From contig CM075987.1 of NCBI GenBank assembly GCA_038087875.1, positions 25,298,001 through 25,362,000 on the forward strand: a stretch of DNA of 64,000 nucleotides, in the 5' to 3' direction. This DNA comes from Malacoraja senta (lineage: Eukaryota). Below the pieces are notes generated by a model that was not told the origin of the DNA, did no database searches, and worked only from the letters and a program-made list of their open reading frames with translations. Positions 62,858 to 64,000 of the stretch are shown here, piece by piece. Position 1 is the first letter of the stretch. Every line of letters begins with the position of its first letter. The translations under genes and the position numbers were made by a program.

Positions 62858-64000
62858 TTAGGCAGCAAGTCTACCGCTGCACCACCGTGCCGCTGAGGTC
62901 CAGGACAGAAAGGTCAGTTTGGGAATGGGAAGGGGAGTTAAAGTGTTTGGCACCCGGCTGGGTGTCCATCTTCTACATAAAGCTAGGTTTCTGGCCTACT
63001 GGTCCAGAGACATAACATAGATGTTCTCTGTACAGAGATCCAAATAGATGGACCAGACCTATTGTGACAATGCCTAATCCTCAGTCCGTCTCTCGTTGCG
63101 AAAATTAAAGTCAGCTGTGAATCATAAGATCATAATTGATGGGGGGTAGAATTAGGCCATTTGGCCCATCAAGTCTACTCCGCCATTCAATCATGGCTGA
63201 TCTATCTCTCCCTCCAAGCCCCATTCTCCTGCCTTCTCTCCGTTACCCCCGACACCCAATCAACCTAAACAACGAGTGAGAAGGAGCAGGCAGAACAGTA
63301 ATAACACTGAACAAATAAAAACTGGTAAAATAAAGTCCAGAATAAAAGGATTATTATCCTAAACCAGCACCAATAATTCCATTGGTTTTGGTTGTATTGT
63401 TGGGTAAACAGATTTTTGATTTTTAAGGTTAATCAATTATTTGTCCTCTATCTACGTATCCCGACTATGAAATCTAACCCTGTCATTTCTACATACCATC
63501 CCTTTCATCTTTATATCAGTACCAATTCCAATATTGCTTCTTGTTCCAAAGTATATGTAGCACTCAATCAAAGATCTCTGAATACAATGCTACCTAGATA
63601 CATCACAGTAACTTTTGCTTTCCCTCTATCTCCAACCCTCCCCTTGGCTAACAATGCCTCGGTTATTACCCTCCCCCCGAACAACAATGATCCATTCCAC
63701 ATTTCCCTTGACCTCCGTCCCCTTTGATGTCATGTTTTCACACCTTACCCTTCCACATCTCTGTGTCTCCCTCTCCCCTGACTCTCGGTCTCAAGAAGGG
63801 CCATGACCCAAAACGTCACCCATTCCTTCTTTCCAGAGATGCTGCCTGTCCCGCTGAGTTACACCAGCTTTTTGTGTCTATCTTCAGGGTAAAAGAGAGG
63901 ATGAGAGACACGGAGAAAGTGTGTGTGAGAGAGAGAGAGTGGGGAAGTGTGAAGGGGAGGGCGGCACAGCGGAGCAGCGGTAGAGTTGTTGCCTTTCAAC

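Overview
Repeat-dense, apparently non-coding vertebrate DNA. The repeat repertoire (HE1-type V-SINEs, CR1/HER1-type LINEs, abundant Penelope-like pLTRs) points to a cartilaginous fish, probably a skate or ray; this is inference. I found no host protein-coding gene I can name. The window is a nested mosaic of CR1, L1, Rex1/Babar, Penelope-like and Gypsy retroelements, a non-autonomous Helitron, Harbinger-, hAT- and Tigger-like MITEs, microsatellites, and a 200-N gap at 27705-27904. The main finding is six short (about 135-190 bp) retroposons of four sequence types. Each starts at G1 of a hand-foldable HDV-like double-pseudoknot ribozyme; five end in a (GAA)n tail and five have target-site duplications. 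One (1514-1581, minus) closely resembles the mammalian CPEB3 ribozyme as I recall it, with compensatory changes. The many Penelope pLTRs also carry minimal hammerhead motifs, and their fold-back junctions cluster at that motif. All folds were read by eye and no activity has been shown.
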